From Candidatus Latescibacterota bacterium (lineage in GTDB: Bacteria; Latescibacterota; UBA2968; GCA-2709665), in assembly GCA_965219455.1 (NCBI GenBank), contig OZ244744.1, forward strand, positions 3,424,001 to 3,488,000: 64,000 bases of DNA. Reading direction: 5' to 3'. Below, piece after piece: positions 29,434 to 40,072 of this stretch (positions are counted from its first letter, which is position 1; each line of letters starts with the position of its first letter). The position numbers were made by a program, and so were the translations under genes. The notes beneath the pieces were generated by a model. It was not told the origin of the DNA, did no database searches, and saw only the letters and a list, made by a program, of their open reading frames with translations.

Positions 29434-29883
29434 ATGCAGTCCAGTGAATCGAGAACATTGATTACAGGCGTGATTGGATCGGATTGCCAAATCGTGGGCA
29501 CCCGTATTCTCAGCATGGCCCTGGAGAAGGCGGGATTCAACGTCGTGTCGCTTGGGGTTCTCACGCCGCCGGTTGAGTTCGTCAACGCGGCCGTGGAAAC
29601 AGATGCCGACGCCATCATGGTTTCTTCGTTGTACGGGCAGGGCGAACTCGACTGCCGCGGTTTCCGCGAAATCTGTATCGAGGCTGGTATCGGAGAGATT
29701 CTGATTTACGTCGGCGGCAACCTGGTTGTCGGCAAACAGGACTGGCGCGACGTGGAAAGCCGGTTTCTGGACATGGGCTTCGACCGGGCTTTCCCTCCCG
29801 GAACGCGTACGAATGAAGTGATATCCGCGCTCGAACGCGACTTTGAGGCACCCGCCGGCGGATATCTCAAGGACCATCCATGA
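29434..29883 (+). CDS. mamA: Glutamate (methylaspartate) mutase S subunit-like B12-binding protein; DxHxxG His replaced by Gln
   Basis: GVIGSDCQIVG, AAVETDADAIMVSSLYGQG, YVGGNLVVG, MGFDRAFPPGT. Confidence 0.85.
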   Translation: MQSSESRTLITGVIGSDCQIVGTRILSMALEKAGFNVVSLGVLTPPVEFVNAAVETDADAIMVSSLYGQGELDCRGFREICIEAGIGEILIYVGGNLVVGKQDWRDVESRFLDMGFDRAFPPGTRTNEVISALERDFEAPAGGYLKDHP

Positions 29884-31292
29884 GCGAGGCGGTGGCACTG
29901 CTCATCGATTTCGGAAGTACCTATACCAAGCTGAGAGCCGTCGATTTGAGCAACGGCCGACTCCTGGGATCCGGCCAGGCGCCCTCCACGGTCGAGACCG
30001 ACGTAACAGAGGGATTCACCGAGGCCCTCAAGGTTCTGGAACGGCACATGAGCAAACCGCCGCGTTTCCGCTACAGGTTGGCCTGCAGCAGCGCGGCCGG
30101 CGGTCTCCGCCTGGTGACGGTGGGCCTGGTACGCGAGTTGACCGCCGAGGCGGCGCGCCAGGCAGCACTGGGGGCGGGCGCGAAATTGATCGAGGCGTTC
30201 GCGCATGAATTGACCCGCGAAGATGCCGATAAAATCGCCCGCCTCGAGCCGGACATCATCCTGCTGGTCGGCGGCACTGACGGCGGCAACGGCGAGGTCA
30301 TCGTCGCCAATGCACGGACACTGGCGAATCTTCCGATTCGATGCCCGGTGGTAGTCGCGGGAAACCGGTCCGCCGCCGCCGGCATAAACGACGTGTTTAC
30401 AGCCGCCGGTACGCCCGTTGCGTTAACCGAAAACGTAATGCCGTCGTACGGCGTACTGAATATAGAGCCCGCCCGCGATGAAATCCGACGAATTTTCATC
30501 AAGCGCATCGTTCATGCAAAAGGAATCGATCGCGCCAAGGGAATGTTCGATCTGGTTCTGATGCCCACGCCGGCCGCCGTCCTGGAAGGCGCCCGGCTGC
30601 TCGCGGACGGCGACGGCCAGCGCCCGGGGCTGGGTACACTGGTGGCGGTCGACGTCGGAGGCGCGACGACCGATGTCCATTCCATTTGTTCGGGGGAGTC
30701 CACCCTGGGCAGCATTTCGGCGGACCTCCTTCCTGAGCCCCACGCCAAGCGTACGGTCGAGGGCGACCTGGGAATGCGTTACAGTGCGTTATCGGTGCTG
30801 GAAGCCGCGGGTCTGGAAGCCGTCGCCTGCGACGCCAGGCTGCCGGCCATCCGGGTGGAATCAATCGTCCGAGCCGTTAACAAGTGCGTCTCACGGTTGC
30901 CGGGTGATATCGAGGACCAGATGGTCGACCGTGCCCTTGCCCGTGCCGCGGTACGCATTGCCGTGAGCCGGCATGCCGGTACGGTCGAAACCGTCCATAC
31001 GGCTAGCGGACCGGTCGTCGTCCAGCGCGGCAAAGACCTGACAGACGTCAGTGCCGTCGTGGGTACGGGCGGGGTGCTGGCCGCGTCCGGACAGGCGGAT
31101 GAAATCCTGGAGATGGCCCTCGCGGAATCAGGCGATCCATTCTCGCTGAAACCCTGTAAGCCACGGTTGCTGCAGGACCGGAATCACGTCCTTTACGCCT
31201 GCGGGCTCCTGGCGGCGGCCGATCCTGAAGCCGCGCTTACGCTCGCGCTCACACAAATCCGAGCCACCGGACGGGAACCTCAGCAGGTGTAA
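29880..31292 (+). CDS. glmL: Glutamate mutase accessory protein GlmL/MutL (actin-like ATPase fold)
   Basis: IDFGSTYTK, CSSAAGGL, GGTDGGN, MPTPAAV, DVGGATTDVHS, KRTVEGDLG; ATGA overlap with the S subunit. Confidence 0.9.
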   Translation: MSEAVALLIDFGSTYTKLRAVDLSNGRLLGSGQAPSTVETDVTEGFTEALKVLERHMSKPPRFRYRLACSSAAGGLRLVTVGLVRELTAEAARQAALGAGAKLIEAFAHELTREDADKIARLEPDIILLVGGTDGGNGEVIVANARTLANLPIRCPVVVAGNRSAAAGINDVFTAAGTPVALTENVMPSYGVLNIEPARDEIRRIFIKRIVHAKGIDRAKGMFDLVLMPTPAAVLEGARLLADGDGQRPGLGTLVAVDVGGATTDVHSICSGESTLGSISADLLPEPHAKRTVEGDLGMRYSALSVLEAAGLEAVACDARLPAIRVESIVRAVNKCVSRLPGDIEDQMVDRALARAAVRIAVSRHAGTVETVHTASGPVVVQRGKDLTDVSAVVGTGGVLAASGQADEILEMALAESGDPFSLKPCKPRLLQDRNHVLYACGLLAAADPEAALTLALTQIRATGREPQQV

Positions 31293-31516
31293 CATGCCGC
31301 TCGACAGCGTCTACGAGATCTCCGAGCCGCTCTCACTCCTCATGCCCCCCAGGTAGCCCGACCCCTGAATCCGGAAGCGGCGCCTGGACCTGTTTTTCAG
31401 GACTTCAGTGATCGTCGTGCAAAATTAGTTTTTCTGTCGGTATCCAGATATTATATTAGTTCCGATCGATCAACCCGCTCCCGAATCCCTGACGGAAACC
31501 CAACGGAGGCAATCCC

Positions 31517-33376
31517 ATGTCTGGTTCCAATACCGAAGCGATGGGCAACGGCTTTTTCCACCACGGCGTAGCGACACCCATCAGCAACCATCGGGGCACC
31601 GCCGTTACCGTGGACGGTACGGGCCGCAACGTTGTCCTTATCTGGCTTTATGACAACCGGGGCGGGTACGCCCTCCTGATGATCGATGCGGAAACCGGTA
31701 ACAGCGAAGAATTCCCCATGCCCTATCCGCCGGGCGGCGACGGTCCGTTTGCGGCCATCCTGTCCAGCCGAAACAGATATTACACCCACTTCAACAGCCA
31801 CTTTGTGGAATTCGACCCCGAAAAGCGCGCATTCACCTTCCACCACCAAACCGTGCCGCAGATGGCCATGAGCATGACCGAGGACGACGACGGCCGCATC
31901 TGGTCTGGCACGTATCCGAACAGCGCGGTGGCTTCCTACAACCCCCTCACCGGGGAATTCCGCGACTATGGGAACCTCTATGACCAGAACTGGCGGCAGT
32001 ATCCCCGGGCTATCGCCGCTGACGATACCGGCTGGGTGTATTTCGGTATCGGCAGCACTGCCAGTCAGATTATCTCCCTGGACCCGGAAACCGGCAAAGC
32101 GGAACCCCTCCTGGCCGAAGACGAACGAACCCAGGCCCACGCGCCTGTGTACCGCGACCTGAACGGGAAGGTCTACGGTCACACAAACGGCGGTTCCGAG
32201 GATGGATGGATGGAACTGTACCGCGGTGTGCGAACGAACGTCGGCAAGATTGAAAACAGGCGCGAAAAACCCATTATTGCCGGCAGCCAGGGCCTGTTCC
32301 ACACCGATTTTCCGGATGGGAAACGCATGGTGGCCTGCAGCCTGGTCGACCGCAGACTGGCCGTCGAGGATCCCCGAACCGGCGCAACCCGCGAAGTTTC
32401 CTTCGACTACACAAGCGAAGGCGCTCACATGATGGGCGTGGCCACGGCTCCGGACAACACCATCTGCGGCGGCACCGCCTTCCCCATGCATTTTTTCAGC
32501 TTCAATCCGGATACCGACAGCTGGATCAACCGCCCGGCCCTGGGGCAATGGAATACCGTTGCCAGAGAGGGCGACATGTTCTTTGTCGGCGCATACACGC
32601 ACGGCCTGCTGGAAGAATGGGACCCCGCCAAACCATGGGTACACACCGAGCGAGACAAAGCCGGTTGCAACCCGGAACTGCTATACGAATGCCACGAGGT
32701 CATCAACCGCCCCCACATGCTGCTTGCCCATCCCGATGGAAGAACCGTCGTCCTCGCCGGCACCCCCGGGTACGGGCTTACCGGGGGCGGCATGCTATTC
32801 TGGGACAGACAGACCCGTGAGCACACGCTGCTCGAACACACCGATATCCTGCCAGATCAATCCACCATGAGCCTGGTTCCCCTGCCCGACAACAGGCTTC
32901 TGGGTGGCACCACGACAAGCCCCGGCACCGGCGGTGAACAGAAGGCCGAAGAGGCGGAGCTTTATATCATGGACATGGCCACGAGACAACTCGATTGGCA
33001 CGGGGTCGTCTTCCCTGGCGTGCAGGGGTATACCGACATGTGTTCGGGTCCGCAGGGTGTCGTCTACGGCATTGCCGACCGCAGGCGCTTTTTCGTCTTC
33101 GATCCCGGCGGCAGAAGGGTGGTCCACCAGCACGATCTCGAATCCGAGTTCGGTCCCACGACATCGCAACAGGGCCCGAGGGTGTTTGTCACTGCGCCGG
33201 ACGGCGCCATTTACATGCTCTTCACAAAGGGCATCGCCATTGTGGAACCCGATACATACGCCATACGGATGCTGGCGGAATCGCCCGTATCTATCGGTCC
33301 GGGAGGAGACATCCTCAACGGCCATATCTACTTCGGCAGCGGATCCCATCTCTACAGCTACCGGGTTTCCGAATAA
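31517..33376 (+). CDS. Hypothetical beta-propeller-like protein
   Basis: Repeated blades such as DGRIWSGTYP..YNP.TG and TGWVYFG..LDPETG; GGAGG RBS; no signal peptide seen. Confidence 0.7.
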   Translation: MSGSNTEAMGNGFFHHGVATPISNHRGTAVTVDGTGRNVVLIWLYDNRGGYALLMIDAETGNSEEFPMPYPPGGDGPFAAILSSRNRYYTHFNSHFVEFDPEKRAFTFHHQTVPQMAMSMTEDDDGRIWSGTYPNSAVASYNPLTGEFRDYGNLYDQNWRQYPRAIAADDTGWVYFGIGSTASQIISLDPETGKAEPLLAEDERTQAHAPVYRDLNGKVYGHTNGGSEDGWMELYRGVRTNVGKIENRREKPIIAGSQGLFHTDFPDGKRMVACSLVDRRLAVEDPRTGATREVSFDYTSEGAHMMGVATAPDNTICGGTAFPMHFFSFNPDTDSWINRPALGQWNTVAREGDMFFVGAYTHGLLEEWDPAKPWVHTERDKAGCNPELLYECHEVINRPHMLLAHPDGRTVVLAGTPGYGLTGGGMLFWDRQTREHTLLEHTDILPDQSTMSLVPLPDNRLLGGTTTSPGTGGEQKAEEAELYIMDMATRQLDWHGVVFPGVQGYTDMCSGPQGVVYGIADRRRFFVFDPGGRRVVHQHDLESEFGPTTSQQGPRVFVTAPDGAIYMLFTKGIAIVEPDTYAIRMLAESPVSIGPGGDILNGHIYFGSGSHLYSYRVSE

Positions 33377-33563
33377 TACGAAACGCGGACAGCAGGTTCC
33401 ATCCGTTCGGGGCAAGAGTCAATGGGGCTATGCAGCTGTTTTGGAGGTAGATTGTCCAAACGGAGGTTGGACGAGGAAAGGGAGCGGCGTCTTCTCAGAG
33501 GAGCGCGAAGCACATGAAAATCGCGACATTCAGTCCATCCACGCTGCCACGACAGCGCCTGCT

Positions 33564-34838
33564 TTACCCGGAATCCAAAAAATCCGGCATCACCTCGTTT
33601 ACCGTAATCTGTTCCAGCGTTTGTCGTTTCCTTATCAGGTGCAGTGTGCCGTCCGAGGCCTGCAGAACCTCGGCGGCCTCGGGAAACGAATTGTAATTCT
33701 TGGAGGTCATGCTGGAACAATACGCGCCGGATCCCCCCACAGCCAGCAGATCGTCAGTCCTCGCCTCGGCGAGCAGCCGGGGCCGCAATCCCTCCGGATC
33801 GCCCGGCGCCGGTGTCAGCACGTCCCCGCTCTCACAACAGTGGCCGGCAATCAGATATTCCCTCAATCGCCGCGTCCCCGGGTGTGCGGGCACGGCCACA
33901 ATCGGGTGCTGCGCACCGTAAAGGCTGATGCGTAATACCTCCGTCATACCGGCGTCTGCTTTCAGGAAATCGTAGCCGTCCTTGCCGGTATCGACACAAT
34001 CGATCACCGAACAAATCATCACCCCCGCATTGGCCACCAGAAACGTGCCCGGTTCCACCTCCAGCCGAAGTCTGCGCCCATGTTCGCTCCCAAAGGCTTG
34101 GAACGCTTCCTGCACGTGCAGTCCGATCCGCTTCAGGTCGGTAGACGTCTCCCCCGCCATACGCCCCACTTTAAACCCGCCTCCCAGGCTGAGCACCTTC
34201 ACCTCGGGCAGCCGGGCCGCCATGCGCAGCGAAATCAACGCGCAGTGTTCCCAGACCTCAGGATCGCTGCCCGAACCGATGTGGGTATGCATACTCGAAA
34301 TCTTTAAATTGCAAGCCTTTGCAATGGCCAGCACCTCATCCAGATATTCGTGCCAGATCCCGAAACTGGCGGATGGTCCACCCACGTTGGTCCTTTTGCT
34401 GTGACCCGACCCGAGACCGGGGTTGATTCGTACGGTCAGGGAACGACCCGGAAACAGTTCGCCATAGGTCCGCAGTTGCTGCAGCGAACAGGCATTGAAT
34501 ATGACTCCCTGTCTCACCAGGTTCTCCAGATTTCGGGGCGTTCGCTGCGCCGTGAGCTGGATCTGTTCCGGAGGCACGCCGGCCCGCATGGCCCGCTCCA
34601 CTTCGTATCCGCTGCTGGCGTCGATGTGCAGCCCCGCCTGATTCAGAATTCGCACAACGGCCGCCGTGGGTAACGCCTTCATCGCGTACCGGGCGGTCAA
34701 TCCATACGCGTGCGGAAAATCCAACACGTCCCTGGCGCGAGCTTCCAATGTCTCCTGGTCATAGACGAAGACTGGCGTGCCAAAACGGCGCCTGATCTCA
34801 CGGATTTTTTCTTCGGTCAAGAACGCAAGCTGCTCCAT
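33564..34838 (-). CDS. lysA: Diaminopimelate decarboxylase
   Basis: FGTPVFVY, YAMKA (PLP Lys), HTHIGSG, LGGGF, EPG, CCESGD, GAY, NYNS. Confidence 0.93.
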   Translation of the reverse strand: MEQLAFLTEEKIREIRRRFGTPVFVYDQETLEARARDVLDFPHAYGLTARYAMKALPTAAVVRILNQAGLHIDASSGYEVERAMRAGVPPEQIQLTAQRTPRNLENLVRQGVIFNACSLQQLRTYGELFPGRSLTVRINPGLGSGHSKRTNVGGPSASFGIWHEYLDEVLAIAKACNLKISSMHTHIGSGSDPEVWEHCALISLRMAARLPEVKVLSLGGGFKVGRMAGETSTDLKRIGLHVQEAFQAFGSEHGRRLRLEVEPGTFLVANAGVMICSVIDCVDTGKDGYDFLKADAGMTEVLRISLYGAQHPIVAVPAHPGTRRLREYLIAGHCCESGDVLTPAPGDPEGLRPRLLAEARTDDLLAVGGSGAYCSSMTSKNYNSFPEAAEVLQASDGTLHLIRKRQTLEQITVNEVMPDFLDSG

Positions 34839-35097
34839 CGTCGCTCCCCGGGGTACATTTTACCAGAATTCGGCTTGACTCACTTGCCGAAAAACGGAAT
34901 ATTCATTAGAAGTTGCCTTAAAATGCCTGGCGCGTTCCCGAGCGCGCGTGTAAAAGTTCGGTTCATGAGGCGAGCGGGGGCGCACTGCGCCGACTGGCGG
35001 ATTCGCCTATGATCGTCTGTACAAGACGAAAGCCGTGCGCCAGAAAAAAGGCAGCGCACGGCCGGAATTTTCGGAGCCCGCCGTCCGGCTTCAACGT

Positions 35098-35183
35098 TGG
35101 TGCGGAAGGGGGGACTCGAACCCCCACGGGCGAAGCCCACCAGATCCTAAATCTGACGTGTCTGCCAATTCCACCACTTCCGC
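35098..35183 (-). tRNA. tRNA-Leu(TAG), CCA encoded
   Basis: Reverse complement GCGGAAG...TGGCAGA...TCAGA-TTTAGGA-TCTGG, long variable arm, GGTTCGAGTCC, CTTCCGC-ACCA. Confidence 0.97.
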
Positions 35184-35374
35184 ATTAATTACAATGAGTT
35201 AAGATTTTACCAGCTTTCAATCTGCACAGCATTTCCAACCCATGCAGTGCGGCAGAGACACCGCCTATAATAACGCGAAAAACATAAAAAAGTCAACTGC
35301 TATTGGCTTCTCATGAACATGGGGTTGTCCCTGTGCGGCGCGCCAGGAGACGAGAACGCCGACACCGCAAAGAT

Positions 35375-37747
35375 ATGAACATGCTACAGGTGAAACCCGC
35401 GACTGCTCAATGGAAGGCGATCCACCGCGCCTCCGGCGCGCTTTTCTTTCTGGTGTCATTTCTGGTCAATGCGGCTTTCGCGCAAATGGAACCCGGCCCG
35501 CTTCCCGTCCGTCAGGCGTCTACGGCGATGGACTCCATGCTTTATGAATATGAGGCCGACCGGGTCGTGGACGATATCGCTACAGGGCGCGTCGTCTTCA
35601 CGGGAAACGTCGTCCTCAAATATCAAGATGTGGAACTGCGCGCGGGACGCATCGTTCTTCACCGGGAGGTGCTGCGTCTGGAGGCCGAGGCGCTTCCGGA
35701 CTCCACCGGCAGGAAAACCATTGGTATGCCTGAGTTTATCCGCGGCGCAGAGCGGTTTACCGGATCGTCAATGGTCTACAACCTCGAAACCGGCCGCGGC
35801 CGGGTGCGGGGTGGCCGGGCGCGTCACCGGAGGCGATATTACAGGGGCGAGCAGATCCTCCTCGATCAACAACGTGAACTTCACGCCCGTACGATTTCCA
35901 TGTCCTCCTGTGACAGGGACCACACCCACTACGACTTTCTATGCCAGGCGCTAAAGGTCGTGGAGAACGACAAGGCCATCGCCCGCTCCGTGACGTTTCG
36001 CGTCGGTCCGGTCCCGCTGATGTGGCTCCCGTTTTACGTTTTTCCACTCACGCAGGGCAGGCGCTCCGGCATTCTGACCCCCCGAATCGGCAGCAATAGC
36101 CGCGACGGCGTTAACGTAAGCAACATCGGATACTATTGGGCGCCCAGCGACTACTGGGATGCCACGCTCAGGACAGCCCTGCGGGAACGTAATGGTTTTC
36201 TCGTTGACGCAGGCATCGACTACGCCGTGCGCAAACGACTCAGCGGGTATATGAATCTCTCCCATGAACGTGGGCGACAGCCTTCGGGCGATTCCCGCCG
36301 CGACTGGCGTTTGAACTTCCACCATCAGCATCGGCTGAACCCCACGCTCAACATGAGGGCCAGGGGAGATTTCACGAACAGTTCCAGCTTCGACCTTCAC
36401 AATGCCAACAACCTCTATCGATACCTGAACCGGCAACTCCGGTCATCTTTTTCCATTGACAAGCGCTGGACGGAAGCCCGGCGAAGCATGGATCTCAATC
36501 TCAACTACTACCGGGACCTCGATCAGAATCAGAACCGGTTCCAGGGATTCCCCCGCCTCTCGTTCCGCCAGGGCAGACGACGCATTTTGGGTCAACCCGA
36601 ATCGAACCGGGAAGCGCTCTGGTACCACGCGTTCTATTACGACGTTTCCGGCGGCTTGTCGAACGCTTTCACACGCAACGAGGATCGGGCCGACAACACG
36701 CACAATCTGAACCTTAACTCCCGCTTGGGCGTCAGTAGCCAGCACCGCCCCTTCGGCTGGCTGGATCTCACCCACAGATTCAACATCAGTCAGACCTCCT
36801 CACGCCTGAGCCGGGACGCGCGCACGCGCCGGGAATCCTACAACGCCAGTCTCGCCGCCGGAACCGCGCTCTATGGCATCTTTCAGCCTCAGGTCGGCCG
36901 GCTCAGGGGAATCCGCCACCGGTTTCAGCCGCAGGTAGACTTCAGGTATTACCAGAATGCATCGGTCGATGGCGCCACCCTGGGCTTCCACGGCCGCCGA
37001 GACTGGAACGACCCCAGGCGCACCCTCAATATGCGGCTCAACAACACGATTGAAATCAAAACCGAGGTAGACGGCAAAGTACGGCGATCCAATTTCGCCA
37101 CCGCAAGTTTCTCTACCGGATACGACTTCGACAACGATCCGACGCGCAAATGGCGCGACTTGCGGACTTCAGCCTCGATAAAGCCGGCCCGCCGGATAGA
37201 CGTTCGTCTCAACATGACCCACACGTTCTACGACGCGCTGGACCGCCTGTATCTGTATCGTCCTCATCTGCGCAGCCTCACGGTCAACACCAGCCTCCGC
37301 TTCAGGGGCCGCAGCGAAGGCCGATCCGATCGGCGCCAATACCGCGGGTCCATGCTCCCCGCCGCCGGTACCGGCTTTAACTTTGAAGACGACATTTACC
37401 GTGACTTCGGCGACGCCACGCAGCCCTGGCACTTCAATCTCGGACACTATTTCAGCCATCGGGAGGCTTTCACCACAGGTTCAGGATCGACCAGGCGTTC
37501 CTGGGTGAAGGCCGATCTGGCATTGAATCCCACGCGCGCCTGGCGCTTCAACTACTCCGTCAACTTCGACCTGTTAAACACCCGGTTTATCTCCCAGTCC
37601 TTCTACGTCTACAGGGACCTGCACTGCTGGCAGGCCACGTTCAACTGGTATCCCACCGGATTCAACAAGGGTTTCCATTTCAAGGTCAGTATCAAGGAAT
37701 TCCCACAGATCAAACTGGAACATCGCCGGGGCGGTTTCGGGCTTTGA
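35375..37747 (+). CDS. lptD: Putative LPS-assembly protein LptD
   Basis: OstA-like N-domain (YEAD..FTGNVVLKY), RRSGILTP, GYYWAPSDYWD, YRDLHCW, beta-barrel C-terminus. Start uncertain. Confidence 0.82.
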   Translation: MNMLQVKPATAQWKAIHRASGALFFLVSFLVNAAFAQMEPGPLPVRQASTAMDSMLYEYEADRVVDDIATGRVVFTGNVVLKYQDVELRAGRIVLHREVLRLEAEALPDSTGRKTIGMPEFIRGAERFTGSSMVYNLETGRGRVRGGRARHRRRYYRGEQILLDQQRELHARTISMSSCDRDHTHYDFLCQALKVVENDKAIARSVTFRVGPVPLMWLPFYVFPLTQGRRSGILTPRIGSNSRDGVNVSNIGYYWAPSDYWDATLRTALRERNGFLVDAGIDYAVRKRLSGYMNLSHERGRQPSGDSRRDWRLNFHHQHRLNPTLNMRARGDFTNSSSFDLHNANNLYRYLNRQLRSSFSIDKRWTEARRSMDLNLNYYRDLDQNQNRFQGFPRLSFRQGRRRILGQPESNREALWYHAFYYDVSGGLSNAFTRNEDRADNTHNLNLNSRLGVSSQHRPFGWLDLTHRFNISQTSSRLSRDARTRRESYNASLAAGTALYGIFQPQVGRLRGIRHRFQPQVDFRYYQNASVDGATLGFHGRRDWNDPRRTLNMRLNNTIEIKTEVDGKVRRSNFATASFSTGYDFDNDPTRKWRDLRTSASIKPARRIDVRLNMTHTFYDALDRLYLYRPHLRSLTVNTSLRFRGRSEGRSDRRQYRGSMLPAAGTGFNFEDDIYRDFGDATQPWHFNLGHYFSHREAFTTGSGSTRRSWVKADLALNPTRAWRFNYSVNFDLLNTRFISQSFYVYRDLHCWQATFNWYPTGFNKGFHFKVSIKEFPQIKLEHRRGGFGL

Positions 37748-37942
37748 AAACGGCAACGAAAAACGGGACCCCGGCCTTTCCGTCCCCGAGTCCGGTTCTC
37801 GATCTCCCGGCACGTTCTTTCCCTTGCTTCGCCCTTGCGAATCGGCTAAATTACATGCTGGTATGACGCTTTGCGCCTCGTACCACTATATTTCCATCGC
37901 AACCCACCTTTTGGTGGCGTTCATTGAATTCCAGGAACCAGG

Positions 37943-38380
37943 GTGCGCGCGCTAGTACAACGGGTCAGCCGTTCCGCGGTGTTCATCGACGGGCGCCTCA
38001 CGGCCGAAATCGGCCGGGGGATGCTGATTCTTCTGGGCGTAGGCCGGCAGGATACCCCCGAAAATATCCAGTACGTGGCCGGCAAATGCATCCACCTTCG
38101 GATTTTTGCAGACGAGCAGGGCAAGATGAATCGTTCCCTCGTTGACATCGGAGGGCAGGCCCTGGTTGTCTCACAGTTCACGCTCTACGGCGATACCCGG
38201 AAGGGCCGCCGTCCCGGCTATTCCAGTGCGGCGCCCCCCGACGTGGCCGAGGCGTATTATAACGAATTCGTGGATGTGCTGCGCAACCAGGGTGTATCCG
38301 TACATACGGGGCAGTTCGGCGCCAACATGCACGTTGAAATACAAAACGACGGCCCCGTTACCCTGATGGTTGAGATATAA
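37943..38380 (+). CDS. dtd: D-aminoacyl-tRNA deacylase
   Basis: MRALVQRV, SQFTL, GRRP, NDGPVT. Confidence 0.97.
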   Translation: MRALVQRVSRSAVFIDGRLTAEIGRGMLILLGVGRQDTPENIQYVAGKCIHLRIFADEQGKMNRSLVDIGGQALVVSQFTLYGDTRKGRRPGYSSAAPPDVAEAYYNEFVDVLRNQGVSVHTGQFGANMHVEIQNDGPVTLMVEI

Positions 38381-38543
38381 TGTCCTTTCCCGGAAATATG
38401 TCACCACTCATCAGCCGGTCGAAGGATGCGAGCCGGGCGACCCGTCGGCCGAATTTCGGCAACCTGTATCCGGGACAGACTCCCAGGCGCGGGATGCGGG
38501 ACTTCGCCGCCGCGCCGCCGTAACAGGCATCACTATTCCCACC

Positions 38544-39149
38544 ATGAAAAAACTCATCCTGGCCTCCGCATCACCGAGGCGGTCCGACCTTCTGCGCCTT
38601 CTCGGTATGTCTTTTGAGGTCGTGCCCAGCCATGTTTCGGAAACCCTGGATAGATCGATTCCACCGGCCGACTACGTCCGTGAAATCTCTTCACGCAAGG
38701 CACGGAAGGTCGCCGCCAACTTCCACAAGGAGATTGTTCTGGGCGCAGATACCGTGGTCGTTCTGGAAGGCGACATTCTCGAAAAGCCGGCCGGGGAAGA
38801 CGAGGCAATTCGAATGCTGAGCAGACTCTCGGGGAAGACGCATCGCGTGTATACCGGCCTTACGCTGATCGATTCGGAGTCCGGTCGTTCTCTACGGGAC
38901 GTGGCTGTGACGGATGTCGCGATGAGACCGCTCACGCCGGAGGAAATTCTACTCTACGTGAAGACGGGAGAACCCATGGACAAAGCGGGCGCGTACGCGG
39001 TTCAGGGAAGGGCAGCCGCGTACGTCCACTCCATATCCGGTTGTTTTTACAACGTTGTGGGGTTGCCGCTCTCGCTCTTCTGCGCGCTTCTCGAACGCAT
39101 GGTGGGCAAGTCGCCCTTGCTGTTTGCCTCTGGGCATTGGAAAGATTGA
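38544..39149 (+). CDS. maf: Maf family nucleotide pyrophosphatase (YhdE type)
   Basis: ILASASPRR, GADTVV, EKP, DKAGAY, NVVGLP. Confidence 0.95.
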   Translation: MKKLILASASPRRSDLLRLLGMSFEVVPSHVSETLDRSIPPADYVREISSRKARKVAANFHKEIVLGADTVVVLEGDILEKPAGEDEAIRMLSRLSGKTHRVYTGLTLIDSESGRSLRDVAVTDVAMRPLTPEEILLYVKTGEPMDKAGAYAVQGRAAAYVHSISGCFYNVVGLPLSLFCALLERMVGKSPLLFASGHWKD

Positions 39150-39163
39150 TTTGGGAGCCGTTA

Positions 39164-40066
39164 ATGCGAAAATTTGCATCAGAATTGCGAGCACATCGTG
39201 AAGCCATCGGCATGTCCCTGGAAGAACTGTTCGAGCGTACGCGGATCAATCCGGAGTATCTCCGCGCCATCGAAACCGGCAACTACGACGTCCTTCCGGA
39301 AATCTATATTCGCCTCTTTCTGAAAAAGTACGCGCAGGAAGTCGGCCTCGACGTCGAGGAGACCCTGGACAAATATGACAAAACCAGACCCCACTCGAAA
39401 TCGCCCCAGATCGTTGTGCGCCGGGAGCCAGACCGTTCCCTGTCGCAGGGTCCCATCCTGGCGATTCTTTGTGTACTTGCACTCGGCGTTGTCATCGCTG
39501 CCATAACGCTCCGGCGTGATTCGACGTCTTCGGCACCCGTAGAGACGGAGGCGCCGATGTCTGGAAACGGAAGCCGATCGACGCCATCCGGCGGGGAGAC
39601 TTCTACACCGCCGGAACCCGAGATTCCCCCCGCTGCGCCCGAAGGCCAGGCCGCAGCAGCGACCTCCGAATCCCTCCATACCGCCCTCCCGGAACCAGAA
39701 AACGCCGGGAATTTGCCGCCGCGCGAGCGGGTTGTGTCATCCTATTCGCTTCCACAGAAGTACTCAGGTATCTGGGAAGACGAGTTAGTCCTGTCCGTAC
39801 GTGTACTGGTGGATACCCGGGTACGTATTTTCAGCGACGGCGATTCAACCTTTGAAAACCGGCTGCTTTCCGGCACCCAGCGGCAGTGGACCGCCCGTGA
39901 ACGGTTCCGCGTGGAAATTGAAGACCCCGCTGCCGTCACCCTTTCCCTGCAGGACAGGCCTGTATCCCTCCCTACAAAACACGGCCGGAAACACCGCCTC
40001 TTCATCTCCCGATCCAATATTTGGGTTGAAGAGATCGAATCTGTGGTGCCGGCACCCGCGCGTTGA
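39164..40066 (+). CDS. rodZ: RodZ-like protein (HTH, TM, DUF4115)
   Basis: N-terminal HTH (TRINPEYLRAIETG..LP.IY...FLKKYA), one TM helix, Pro-rich linker, beta C-domain. Confidence 0.8.
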   Translation: MRKFASELRAHREAIGMSLEELFERTRINPEYLRAIETGNYDVLPEIYIRLFLKKYAQEVGLDVEETLDKYDKTRPHSKSPQIVVRREPDRSLSQGPILAILCVLALGVVIAAITLRRDSTSSAPVETEAPMSGNGSRSTPSGGETSTPPEPEIPPAAPEGQAAAATSESLHTALPEPENAGNLPPRERVVSSYSLPQKYSGIWEDELVLSVRVLVDTRVRIFSDGDSTFENRLLSGTQRQWTARERFRVEIEDPAAVTLSLQDRPVSLPTKHGRKHRLFISRSNIWVEEIESVVPAPAR

Positions 40067-40072
40067 TCCGCA

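Noticed and set aside
35098-35183. tRNA-Leu as an integration site
   Set aside because: No integrase and no duplicated tRNA 3' end noticed; the flanks are housekeeping genes.
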